Source of the DNA: Eledone cirrhosa
Lineage: Eukaryota
Length of the DNA stretch: 64,000 nucleotides
NCBI GenBank assembly: GCA_964016885.1
Contig: OZ024743.1
Location: forward strand, 289,292,001 to 289,356,000
Reading direction: 5' to 3'
Positions 43,163 to 58,549 of the stretch are shown in pieces (positions within the stretch are counted from its first letter, which is position 1; every line of letters starts with the position of its first letter). The notes beneath the pieces were generated by a model. It had not been told where the DNA came from, searched no databases, and was given only the letters and a program-made list of their open reading frames with translations. The position numbers and the translations under genes were made by a program.

Positions 43163-43262
43163 ATATTTATATATTAAAATAACAGGTTAAAGTTTAAGCA
43201 AAGAATCGCTGCATTCACCTTTAACGGGATCTTCTGAAACTCTGATATATATATATATATAT

Positions 43263-43846
43263 ATCAACTAGAAATTGATTGACATATATATATATATATA
43301 AAATAAACATATGAAACAATCTGGAAAGGTATCTATATTTGAAGTTCTAGTTAAACTTTAATTGGTTACCTACCTAGCTATATGTGCTTACTTACTTTAC
43401 AAATTATTCCCTGTGATTGTTTCATGTGTTTATTTTATATATATATATATATGTCAATCAATTTCTAGTTGATATAAAATGCTCGGATCTATTCACTGGA
43501 ATCTTTGAGCATATTCTGCAGAGGATAAGGCGCATGTCTCTCAGACATGACACCCTTAATTTAATTTTGGATATATATATATTTATACATATATATATAT
43601 ACATATATATACATGTGTATGTATATATATATTTATTTGAGATGTGAGAAAAACCATAGACCCTCCATCTCAACTCTACTTTTTAAAAGCAGAAGAACTG
43701 CGAAACCGGTAAAGGAACCAAATAAATATATATATTTTTTTTTAAAATAAGACTCCAGTTGCATTTTCGATTTCATCTTTTTTTCTTTATACTTTCACTC
43801 GTGTAGGACACCTCGGTTATTTTTCATTTTGTAAAAAAAACCTCAC

Positions 43847-43918
<72 letters not shown>

Positions 43919-44030
43919 AAATATATATATATCCAAAATTAAATTAAGGGTGTCATGTCTGAGAGACATGCGCCATATCCACTGCAGAATATGCTCAAAG
44001 ATTCCAATGAATAGATCCGAGCATTTTATA
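43263..44030. repeat. Fold-back element (arms 43263-43321 / 43415-43472) whose tail 43473-43572 is duplicated in inverted orientation at 43930-44030
   Basis: Direct sequence comparison. Confidence 0.7.
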
Positions 44031-44032
44031 TA

Positions 44033-44064
<32 letters not shown>

Positions 44065-44071
44065 CATATAT

Positions 44072-44114
<43 letters not shown>

Positions 44115-44123
44115 TATGCACAT

Positions 44124-44154
<31 letters not shown>

Positions 44155-44158
44155 CATT

Positions 44159-44238
<80 letters not shown>

Positions 44239-44321
44239 ACGAAGGAAATGTGGTAAGGAACCAGGTGGACCATAACGCACCAAAGTACTCAATACTTGAG
44301 GTAGTAGAGTGGGTAATAGGA

Positions 44322-44352
<31 letters not shown>

Positions 44353-44366
44353 CATATATATACATG

Positions 44367-44442
<76 letters not shown>

Positions 44443-44479
44443 CATGCATATATACATGTATATATATATATATTTATAA

Positions 44480-44559
<80 letters not shown>

Positions 44560-44638
44560 GCCTTCCAATTTCATTTTACATTATATACATGTCTGTGTAT
44601 ATTTTAATTATTTAAAAGTTATTTTTAAGTGAATGTGA

Positions 44639-44729
<91 letters not shown>

Positions 44730-45109
44730 CCTTATGTAATTAACAGACGAGAGAAAAGAGTACTCAATACTGAAGTAGAGTATAAATATTCATTTATTAT
44801 GACCCTGTAGATCTTGTTGCTCTGGTGTTCCAGCAACCAACTCATATGATCACCAGATGATCCTATGAGCGAGCAGGCGAAACTCCAGAGTAACACGACT
44901 CACTACTTAGCCATAATAAATGTAACATGGCATCAAAACTGGATGGTAATATATGACCAGCAACATATCCCCATGATTGCTTAGCTACACCTATGATTGT
45001 CTGAGCATATGATGAAGTCACATGCATAACCATGTCGCAGAAATATATATCATCCAATAAAGCAATTATGGTAAATTATCCCTGTATTAACTACTTTTAA
45101 TTATATAGA

Positions 45110-45262
45110 GGTTCGGACGCCATTCTTTGCAACATAGAATTACGGCCCTTTACTGTCTGAGTTCAAATCCAGCCGAGGTTAACTTGGCCTGGGGTCCATA
45201 AAATACAGTACCAGTAATGCACTGGTTAATTGCTGGCCTTCTACCAAAAGTAGAAACAATTA
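45110..45262 (+). mobile_element. SINE (family of 34717-34895), internally deleted
   Basis: ctgagttcaaatccagccgaggttaact...ccaaaagtagaaacaatt. Confidence 0.75.
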
Positions 45263-45807
45263 TATATATATACCACCACCCCACTCTCAAGAGCGTGAAA
45301 TTAATAAACATTTGTTTGTACTGCCTCTCTGTTTTGTTCCCGTTCAATTTTTCATTATATATATATATATATATATATACATATAGATATGTGTGTGTGT
45401 GTTTGTTTGTATGTATGTATGTATACACATGTATATGTGTGCGTGTGGTGTGTGTATGTGTGTGTGTGGGGGGGGGGGGGGCAAATAGAGCGAAATAGTG
45501 AAAGAGGATTATAGAATGAAAAGGAAGAAAGTTAGAGAAGAAAGCGTGCAGGAAGAACAACTGAGAATTAGATAAAGAAGGGAGAGGCGGCGAAGAAGGT
45601 GAGGTGGCAAATAATCAAAATTCGCCGTGGGAACGAATGAGGGGAAGCTCTTGTTGTGTATTAAAAGTGTTTTACCAAGCTATTAACCCGAATGAAGTAT
45701 TCTAGTTTTGTAGTTTATTTTAAAAGTACACACTGCTATATAATTTAGCATTAGGTGTAACTTATTTTTAGGTTCTCTACCCATAAATATAGGTATCTGT
45801 ATACATT

Positions 45808-45934
<127 letters not shown>

Positions 45935-47679
45935 ATGTGTGTGTGTGCAATATATATATATTTACTGTTTAACGTGGTGAGATCATGATTGTTATGTTGT
46001 GAATTCAATTCTGGCACGGGTGCTCTAATCCACTCAGCTTACAACACTGATTTGTAAATTGAAATTCAGAAGGCCGGTTTTATCACACACTGAAACTTCC
46101 TGTGACTCCAGAGTATGCATGGCTGAAGAATGTTCAGCCACTTGCACGTCAAGTTTTGCAGGTTTCCTTTGTTGTCACATGTAATCATCAACTAAACCCG
46201 TTTATTTTATCAACTCTCTATGACCGTGTTCTAGTCTAGTCAAATTCGCGGAAAATATGTAGTAAGAACGAAACATCGGTCGCTGTTTTCCAGGTGTGAA
46301 CAAAACCAAGTTCTACTCACATAGAATTGTTGAAAAATATTCCAAAAATTGTTGCTCTGTTTCCCTTTCATGATCTGAAAGTGAGTTTTGGTTTTAAAAT
46401 TGCGAGAGTATAATCAGATGTTTAAGGTTTTCTTCCTTCAGTGGCATATTCAAAATACATGACTTGATATGTATATATCTACTTCAATCAGAGTACTTCT
46501 CCGGGTATTTTCACCTTTAACCGCCACCAGTATGTGGATTAACTATGAAGTTTCTAACGCTGAATAATTCTCAGTCCTTCACTACAAACAAAATCATTAA
46601 GAAACATTTTGTTATGGTCGAATATAGTTTTATTGGGAACAGAGAATTGAAAATCTCTTGACGCAACCAATATTCTATAAGCAGTAATCACACAGAAACA
46701 AAAATACGGAGAAACAACTTTAGTGGAGAAATGTCTCTCAAAGAACCAGTATTGAGCACATGAAGACAAAGCATGCCCAAAAGGTCCGGAAGTTCGTTTC
46801 GCAATTATTATTTCCTAGGTTCGGTCACCCTGTATGGCATTGTGGGTAAATATAATTTCCCTCGGGTCTTACTATATCAAATAAATGAAAAACGGTAAAA
46901 GGAAACTGTTAGAAATCTTGTCGGATGGACTGTATCTGTAATTAAAGCAGCCAAACATGTCACGTACTGTTTCACTGAATCTCATTGTGATTCGCGTTGT
47001 TGGAATAACCAGATCATTCTGCGTCGAAACTGACGGAGGTTTATTTCATAGATAGCAGATTGAGAATCAGCAGACCGCACTCTATTTTATAGAAAGCGGT
47101 GTTGGACTCAGCAGACTACTTTCTGAAGTCATACATTTAGTTAACCATCAAGCTACTTTCAGTGATGTGAAATTGAAAAACAGAGAATGATTATTTAGCA
47201 GATCATATTTTAGATATAAGTAACGAAATCATCACTGCACCATCTTAGATCATGTATATATTCATTTATATATGTATTTATTGAAATTAGGGATCAACAT
47301 CGTCCGTCGAAAGGAAGAGAAAACATAACTGGTACTGAACCAAGTGTTTGGGGTGGTATCTTTTGACAATACAGTTGGAGTGAACATTGTCGTTATGCAG
47401 CTTTATGGAAAAATCAGATGTATCGATCTTGTTAAATATCGCCAGCAATGCATACACACACTTAGGAAGTTGACCTGGGCCAGAACACGGGCAAATATTT
47501 ACATACTAAACCTCTATTTCTGTTAAACTATAGATAACACCTGATCTTAGAAAGAAAAAGTGAAAAGATATTCATGTTTAAATAACCACTTCAATGCAAA
47601 CAGATATGCATACACATACACACAGACACACACGCACGCACGCACGCACACACACACACACACATATATATATACATAC

Positions 47680-47710
<31 letters not shown>

Positions 47711-47719
47711 ATATATATA

Positions 47720-47758
<39 letters not shown>

Positions 47759-47759
47759 C

Positions 47760-47792
<33 letters not shown>

Positions 47793-47803
47793 ATATATAT
47801 ATA

Positions 47804-47893
<90 letters not shown>

Positions 47894-47910
47894 GTGTGTA
47901 TATATATATC

Positions 47911-47960
<50 letters not shown>

Positions 47961-48033
47961 GTGAGTGCGTATTCTCACATATAAATAACTTTTGCCGTTT
48001 ACACTAGTGAAGGAGCGTTAAAACATGAATATA

Positions 48034-48065
<32 letters not shown>

Positions 48066-48120
48066 CTATCTCGGCCACTCGATCAAGTATGCATAACACA
48101 TCTGCAATACATATGAAAGT

Positions 48121-48174
<54 letters not shown>

Positions 48175-48285
48175 ATACATATATTTATATATATATATAG
48201 ATATATATAAATATATATATATATTTATATATTTATATATATGTATGTATATACATAAATATATATATATGTGTGTATATATATG

Positions 48286-48372
<87 letters not shown>

Positions 48373-48373
<1 letters not shown>

Positions 48374-48584
48374 CATATATTGTGATATCATATAATATAC
48401 ATATGTGTGTGCGCGCGCATGTATTTAAAGACATTGCTTGTTCAACAGGAAAAATACAAGGAATATATATATGTATGTATATATATATATATATTCCTTG
48501 TATTTTTCCTGTTGAACAAGCAATGTCTCTAAATACATGCGCGCGCACACACATATGTATATTATATGATATCACAATATATGT
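48373..48584. repeat. Near-perfect palindrome (~90-bp arms) centred on a TA-rich tract
   Basis: ...caggaaaaatacaagga-(TA-rich)-tccttgtatttttcctg... Confidence 0.9.
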
Positions 48585-48979
48585 GTATATATACATCTAT
48601 ATGGATGAATACGTATGCACTAATATACAGGTGAACTTATTTACAAACATGTATAAATACATGCATATGTACATACATACATTCTTGAATACATACATAT
48701 ATACAAACAATAAATTCGTAGTTACACACGAAACACACGGGTATCAGGCTGCTTCGTACAAGATACTCCTAATTTGATGCCTGGAATGTAAAGTCTACAG
48801 CTATTATCTTAAGTTTCATTTAACAATATTTACAGAGAACAAAAGAATTTCCAACAAAAGCTACTGAGGATTTGCTCCGCTGCAACATTTTGCTTTTGTG
48901 AACGATATCTCCTTAATTTACGCACATCAAACTTTCGACAAGAGCACACGTACACAACCAGTTACGTATATACTCAAAT

Positions 48980-49063
<84 letters not shown>

Positions 49064-49188
49064 TTTGTACATTTATATATATATATATATATATATATAA
49101 ATATATAAAAAGCGTAGAGCAAATATTTCTTCTGAAGATCTGGTTGAGGGTGAAAGCAGCGATTCTTTGCTTAAATTTTAATCTGTTA

Positions 49189-49377
<189 letters not shown>

Positions 49378-52024
49378 GTGTGTGTGTGTATGCGTGTGTC
49401 TGTAGGTGTGTGCGTATACAATCACTTAGACACTACCTTATAGATAAAGTTTTGACAGTGCCCTGTAACGGATATATACTGGCATTGTGTATGTTCCTGC
49501 TTTGATAGAAGTGGTCGGACTGCAATTATGATATAGAACCATCTTGAAATGTTTAGTCGATCATATCGACCCCTTGGAGTAATTTCAACCGGTACATATG
49601 TCATTGTTGCTTGTGTTTTGCGTCATTTGGCAGTAGTTGCTTTCCTATATATGTCTACGTGCATGTTTATGTATGTTTATGTGTCTATCTCTATGTATGT
49701 CCTTCACTACATTTATGTACATATGTGTATGTGCATGTGTTTGCGTGTGTATAAATTTGTGTGAGAAAAGGGGTTTATGTATGTATATGTTTAGAGTTTT
49801 AAAATAGGGATAGATAATTTACCTTGTTCAATAACATAAATCCATGCGTCTTACTATCTCTAGGTCTAGTGGTGGGCGATTAGCCGCTGTTACTTGGGGA
49901 ACTTAGAGACATCGATTTAAACAACCGCTCTGTAGTTCAGAAAACTACACAATTCAGTTCTTCTCTACCTTTCGTCATACCTTACAATATGTTTCTCCAA
50001 TATATCATATCTGAAGGGAGCACCTTGCCATCTTTTGTATCGGATCAACTCAACTTCCCGGCTTAGATTACATCAATAAACACACACATTCCCCCTCTAT
50101 GTCGTAAAACACCATACCGCATCATGCCAATAACATACGCTAAACTTATATACATAACATACCAAAATATACACATATATTTAACATACTCGCAACACAT
50201 GAATAAATACATGCAATTCTCACACGCACACAACACATACACATACGCAACCCCACCCTTCAGACACCTTCCCTTTTGTTTCTTTTTTATCTCTTTTGTT
50301 TTCAAAGATTACCAAAACTGTGTGTCTTAGACATTATTGGCCGTTCTTAAAGAACTCAGTTAATGTTTTTAAAAAATGCGATATATGTTTTTTTTTTAAA
50401 TGCGATATATGCGATATATTAAAGTCTCACCAATGAGAACAAAAAAGAATGTTATTTGGTTTGGCGAAGAATATCATCAAACAACGATACAAACAATAAT
50501 CTTTTTTACTAAAGTATTTAGTAAAATATAGTAGAGTCACAACTAGAATTTGAAGGAAAGGAGTACATTCAAGTTACTGTATTAAATAGTCGGTTATCGA
50601 ATCTTCCCAATCACATATCAACGGCCTCAAGTGAACTTTCTGCATATCAGAGAAATACAACATACAGATGCAAACATTTTATCAGTTAAAGTTAAAATTA
50701 TGTCTGGTCTCTTCATGTCCTCGTGAAAGGAATTTTCTACGTTGAACCTTTAAGATGCCAACCTGAAAATATCTCACTATCCGTCTTTCCCCATATGCGA
50801 AACTTATTATCCATTGTCACTTCTGTTTTTTTTGTCTCTTATATTTCGTCCATTATTTTTGGCTTGTCTCCTTTCTATGGCCGCCTGATATATACATATG
50901 TTTCCCATAGGCAAATCTACCTACCGTGCCTTTGCAGATTCCTTCTGAATTATATCAAACTGGTTTCCATATTTTCAGTATATATATATCATCTCACCAT
51001 CGCTATTCTGATTTATATAAACAATCCTTTTATCACCCCCATACACACACTCAGATATTTTACCTTCACTTCTATCCACCCTCATGCACTAACTTGAACA
51101 GGTGAATATATACCTCTGAACCATAACATCTTTTCCCATCTCCGTTATCATTATTCATACACATTTCGATATTTATATTGTATAATTTTAGACTGTACCA
51201 CTTTTCACACATTCCGTTTTTATGTAGCATATCTTATCATTTTAGTTTATATAACATTCTTATGTATGTTTGCTCGAATACCCTTATGCGTCTGTACATA
51301 TTTCTACATTTACGTATGTTTATGTTCATAGCAGAGCGTGTGGTAGTTCATGTGTGCGTGACTATTTGCATCTACCTGTCTACGTAATTTCACATGTTTA
51401 TATATGCAGCATTGTATGTGCTTCTGTAAGTACATATATATATACAGGTGCAAATATGTCCCACAACGCATTGTGCTTTTCTAATTATATTCATATGTCT
51501 GTATGTGCAGATAAGTGTATGCGTACGTGAGCCAGGACTCTTGCCCAAACCCATCTACGCATATGTGCAAAAGTATGTATGGTTATTGTTTGTATATATG
51601 TGTGTATATATCAAAACACGTGTGCATGCATGTCAGCGCTCTATGTCTATTTGCATTCAGAAGTGTCTATTCGTGTATATTATATAGAGTGTGTGTGTAC
51701 ATAATTTTCAACTATTAATTCCATATATATACGCACATGTGTCTGATGATATATTCATATGTGTTTTCTGTGGTTTATTTAAATATGTATAAGCATATAC
51801 ATATACATATAGATATGTGTGCATATATATATATACATAGACACACACACACACACATATATATATATAATGTATTTCTAATGTGTTGTGTCGAATGTAT
51901 CGTATGCTCTCGCATATGTATTTGTGAATGTGTGAGCATGTGAACTTGTTTCGTTTATCTGTGAGTTTCTGTTCGTTTAGATGTGTGTGCAATACATACA
52001 TACACGCACACACGCACACACACA

Positions 52025-52134
<110 letters not shown>

Positions 52135-52178
52135 AATATGCGTACGTATATGTATGCATCTGGATATTACGTTTATTC

Positions 52179-52214
<36 letters not shown>

Positions 52215-52738
52215 CCCTCATTATATGTATAAATTGGCAGGGTCTGTTTGTGTAGAAAGGTATATATGTGTATGTGTGCAATCTGAATATTTCATTGTAA
52301 TATGTATAAAGCAGCAACGCTACTTTGCGAATTCATTATTTTTATTCTTGGTCTCCGCCCTCCTGGTGTGAACGTATGTGTTATTTTTCTATCATATATG
52401 CATTTATGACTGCAGGTCTGTGTATGTATATGTGTATATGTAGATGTGTGTAGCCTTTGTACGTTTTTATTACTCTTTTATTACTTTTTACAGTATGTTG
52501 CATAATGTACATCTTTTATCTGTATGTTTACGAATTGTATCATAAAACTGTTAATAAAATAATAAAACATTTACATGTGTATTGTTATATATGCATGCCT
52601 GTACGTCGCATGCATGTATAAGTGTATGTATGTATATATGTATGCATATATGTATGCATATATGTATGTATATATATATATGTTTGTATGTATATGTGTA
52701 TGTATATGTGTATGCATATATGTATGCATATATGTATG

Positions 52739-52801
<63 letters not shown>

Positions 52802-53479
52802 GTACGTATGTATGTATGTATGTATGTATGTATGTATGTATGTATGTATGTATGTATTTACGTACGTATGTATGTATATTTGTAATTATATATGTATTTA
52901 TGTGAGGTTATTTCACTTGTGATGCTTTCGTAATATAAGGTCACACAATTCCTCCTATAAATACTACATATATACAGAATTTTACTGATTCTGCACATTC
53001 TTTAGAAAGCTTAATTATAGGACCAATGTAGAAGTTATTGGTGGCTATGAGGTGACACATATTCATCTTACTAACATCCCATTCAATATTAGGTACATGC
53101 AACACAGCTATATGTCCACGCACAAGAGAGAAAAAAACAACCACACTTCATTGTCAAAATGTATTTAGTATTTAAGATACAATAGATTAGATATACATAC
53201 AATTATATCGGTATAGCAGTGTTGGTGGGAGAAACTGGATCTAATATTAAATAGAAGAAACATTTCCTTCTTCATATTTAGGAAAATTCAATTCACAATC
53301 TATGGAGGACATTTCTCATTTATATAATCTAATTACAAAATGTGTTAATAATTGTGAACCAAATACCCTGTCTTGCGGAGTGAGTCAGCTATAAAGCTTA
53401 CTAGATGACTATATTTATATGTGTGCGCGTATGTTTGAGTGCGTATCATCCCCATCATGATATCATGATATCATCATTT

Positions 53480-53825
53480 AATGCCCAAATGATGTAGGCA
53501 TCATCTTTAAAATACACCTAAGGCTTGGGACTCATGCTATCCCTCCACAACAAAAATCAAACTCGCATCCCATAAGAACATTTAGGCACAATCATTTAAC
53601 CTCAACAGGCCCGACTCTCTTTAACATTACACCAAAGCACATACAAATAGAAACAGATCCCATAAAATTCGTAACGTCTTTGGACAAATTCCTCCAGGAA
53701 ATCCCGGATAAACCTCCTACACCCGGATATGTCTTGAGTGGATCATGGTCCCCAATTCCGGATTTTAAAGACTTCACCAGTTTGTGTTTTTAAATTAGAC
53801 ATGGCCTGGGCCAATACTAACCGAA
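53480..53825 (+). mobile_element. CR1-like LINE 3' fragment
   Basis: Reads ...STGPTLFNITPKHIQ...SLDKFLQEIPDKPPTPGYV, a typical LINE ORF2 C-terminus. Confidence 0.7.
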
Positions 53826-54274
53826 ACCTATTAAAGAAAATGTTATTACATAAATGGACCTACTTACTTCTCAAACGGTACAGGTCCTACATCTCCCTTA
53901 CATATGATCCCGCACCCTACCAAGTGCATCAGGGGAATGATGTTGTGGCATTAGCACTAGATGGGTTTTCAGATCCTCTTCCACCTAAATTCATTCGCAA
54001 GATCTGGTTCGACTCAGGATTATGATAACTGACATATACACCAGATGCCAAACAGTCAGATGAAAGCCGATCTCTAATAATTGTGTACACATCTGACGAG
54101 GTTACAACAGTTTAAATCCATTCCATTTCCCCTATGACCTGAATCTGTGGTAAAAAAAAAAATTTGAGTCTTATACTAGGCAGTAGGGGAGCAGCCGAAA
54201 TCTCTCGGCCATGCCTCTGTCAACAATATGATTACCAAACATACATTTAGTGTCGGTGTGTACATATTGTTACT

Positions 54275-54525
54275 ATATTTGGCACAGGGCCAGCAATTTG
54301 AAGGGAAAGGGAAAAACGATTAAATCGACCCCAATATAATTGTTTCTACTTTTGGCACATGGCCATCCATTAATCCCAGTGTATTACTGGTACTTTATTT
54401 TATCGACCCCGTAAAGATGAAAGGCAAAGTTAACCTCGGCGGGATTTGAACTCAGATCATAAAGGGCCGTAACTCTTTGCTGCAAAGCATGGCAACCGAC
54501 CCTCTACCGATACTGCCAAAACACC
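54275..54525 (-). mobile_element. SINE (family of 34717-34895) plus adjacent 3' fragment
   Basis: tactggtactttattttatcgaccccgtaaagatgaaaggcaaagttaacctcggcgggatttgaactcag. Confidence 0.85.
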
Positions 54526-54837
54526 AATAATGAAAATAAATTCGCGAATGATATTACGCCAGTGTGTATATTTCCTTCATGATAATATTTGTTTTTCGTA
54601 ACTTCGGAAAATGAGATGCGTGGTAGGCAACTCAGATGAATATTCATATAAATCAAACAAACGTCGTCCATTTTACTGACCACAGCGACCAGCGACCGAA
54701 ATCTGTGATTGAATCATGTATTATAGTTTAACAACAACAGAAAAGTTATATTCCTTAGATGCATCGTATACAGCCTTCCATAAACACATTAATGTAAATA
54801 ACAGTGTGTTGGTGCATATGTGCATACATACACATAG

Positions 54838-54924
<87 letters not shown>

Positions 54925-54984
54925 AGTGTATATATATATATGTATGTATATATATATGTATATATATATATATATATATGTATA

Positions 54985-55965
54985 TTAAAACTGCTTCGAA
55001 TACCAGCTCCTATATCGGGTCTACCTCTAACCCTTTTAAGGTACGCTATAACGAGCACTCTTTTTCCTTCCGAAACCCTAACAACAGATGTTCGACATCT
55101 CTAGCTAGGCTCATTAAAAACCTTAAATTAACCAACATTGAACACTCACTAACATGGGGTATCTTAGCTAGGGCCCGATCGTTCAATGGACGAAGAAAAT
55201 CTTGTGATCTCTGTATTTACGAAGCATATTACATAACTCTATCACGAGCTCTACTGATTAACGATAGAACGGAGGTAAATATTAGCTGTCAACATCGAAA
55301 GGCTAATTCCTTCGCCAACAGAATATTTGACCCAACATAGTCATCTAGCCCCATTTTTACTTGTAGCTAATAAGTTAAATAACTATAACTAACTTAGATA
55401 ATTATAAATTACCTCCCCTACATTGTCTCTCAATTAAAAAATTTAAAAATTAGCACTTAACTATAAACTACCCACAATTTCTAATCTCTCGAGGAGTTAC
55501 TTCCCATGAAACCACCCTCTAATTAGTAAGGTAAATATGTCCATTGGCGGCCATCTTGTTACCCATAGGCAGATCTCACACAATGCAGCCTCAACAGATG
55601 AATACTGCTTGATTATGGCTGACAATTGATACACCCTGGACACCATAGTGAAATACCAATATATGGAACATTACATTATGTAACATTCTCTCCTTATTTT
55701 AATTTATATTCCTTTGAAGTTCTGATGAGCCGCTCTGTCTTTAAATATGTTAATTATTTTCAACTGAATCAGATCAATAATGATATATAGTCATTTGATC
55801 CAGAAATATTATATGGAGTAGCGAAACAATTGTAAACGGACATTATTATTATTAATATTATTATTATTATTATTCTCTACATTCCTTACATCAAACTAAA
55901 ATATGTTGACAATCTTTTAATAATGTCTTCCTTGAGAAATTTGTGGTCTTGTCTTGCTTAACTAA
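54985..55965 (+). mobile_element. PLE 3' fragment (GIY-YIG with CxLC...CxH, Naiad/Nematis-type) plus HHR-bearing terminus
   Basis: [20 protein letters not shown]...STSLA...WGIL...CDLC..E...INDRTE...CQH; begins and ends in TA/TG repeats. Confidence 0.85.
55719..55837 (+). ncRNA. Hammerhead ribozyme with ~95-nt stem II domain
   Basis: gtt-CTGATGA-gccgctc...gagtagc-GAAA-caattg-TA-aac. Confidence 0.75.
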
Positions 55966-55973
55966 TGAATAGA

Positions 55974-56017
<44 letters not shown>

Positions 56018-56650
56018 CGTGTGTGTTCGTGTGTTTATATATGTGTATGTATGTATTTATGTATGTATTTATTATAAATGTATGTATGTATTTATATATA
56101 TATATGTGTGTGTATTTATATGTATGTATGTGCGTGTGTGAGAGAGAGAGAGAAAGTGTGTGTAGGTGTGTGTGTATGTACGTCAGTGTGAGACAGAGAC
56201 ACATAAAATGTGAGTAAGCGTGTATATGTATAAAGAGACCTCGATTAGGAGGCATAGATGTTTAGGTTTAATGACACTTTAACAACCTTTGTTATCTGAG
56301 TATAATCTCTAACGCTTTTGATTTATTTATTTATTCATAGTCATCTGTTTTCTTTATTTTTTTCTTTATCTCTTCTAGTCTCATGTAGTAATTTCATATA
56401 TAAAAAATAAACTATAATTGTGTCAAACACTCACACTGTTACGTACACATATAATTTAATTATATAATTATACATATAAATACATACACATACACACTCA
56501 CACACAAACACACACACATTTATATATATATATACAGTCAAATGAATGTATATAGCTATATATATGAATATATATATATATATACATAAACACACACACA
56601 CACAAATATATATACACACATACACACATATATATATATATATATGTGTA

Positions 56651-56685
<35 letters not shown>

Positions 56686-57042
56686 ATGTATGTATGTATG
56701 TATGTATGTATATGTATATATAATTTTACTCACAAACATACATACATAATTTCATACATAAATACACACATACGTACATACATACATACATACATATATA
56801 CATTCATACGAACATACATACATCATACATACATATATAAATATATAGCCACATATTTGTTAACATCATTTTATCAGAATAGTGTGGGATATGTTGGTTG
56901 TTTACATAATTAATGATACATTTTCTTTCATTCCACCTCTTGACTAACGCTTTTATGGCTTTTTAAGCTAAGTTGTACACTACACTACCTTGTTTCATAA
57001 AGAGTCTGCTCACATATGTACGTATATATGTTAATATTATGG

Positions 57043-57189
<147 letters not shown>

Positions 57190-58091
57190 AAATGTATATA
57201 TGTTTATATGTAAATGTATATAACCATTTGATGTTGACGGCCATGAGAGTGTGGTGCTCAATACCAAAGTAGATTGAAATAATATTATTTCTGATACTTA
57301 AGTGATGAGCCTAGCTACTCTACGTATATTACAATGCTTAATAGAATGTAGGAGAAAGAAATCTGAGTGTAAGATATACTGGAAGATCCTCATCTCGGTA
57401 GAATACACCAATAGAATAACAACTGCCTAATCACGGATGAGAGAAAGAAGGGAGTAAAATAAAAAAAGAAAACGCACACATATATACAAAACGTTGAAGG
57501 AGAAACATGACTTAATGGCGTGCATACATGCATAGTTTCAAATACACATATGCATGCATAAAAGTTTGTGGAAGTGTCATCAGATAAGGATGCACTCATA
57601 AATATATGCGTATGTGCACACCACATATATACAACAAAAAACACGATATAGTAAATAAAACAAAATCAGAGCAAAAAGGAGACACAGAAAAGCAAGAATA
57701 GTCACACAATTTGTGACGAAATATCTTTGACAAATATGTATGACAATTAAACAATTATTTTATTACTAAACTAACTGAGAAATGGATTGGTTACTTTACT
57801 AGTATAAAAAATGTTAAACTCTGCTTGTGCCGGTATTTTTGGAGGAGTACGACTATACCAATGGATAATAATGATAATATATATGCATGTATTAGTTGTC
57901 TAAATATCTGGTTGTAGTGGAAGTAAAACAAGTTTGAGGAAACATGAAAATAAAAAGAAAATGTTGTCTGAAAGCAGGTGTATGCCGAAGCGCAAGAGAT
58001 TTGTATATTTATATGTTAAAGTATCGACTCTGCCAAATTGCTACTGCCCCAATTTTAAAGAAATAAAAAAAGTAAGCATAGACCCATATGT

Positions 58092-58544
<453 letters not shown>

Positions 58545-58549
<5 letters not shown>

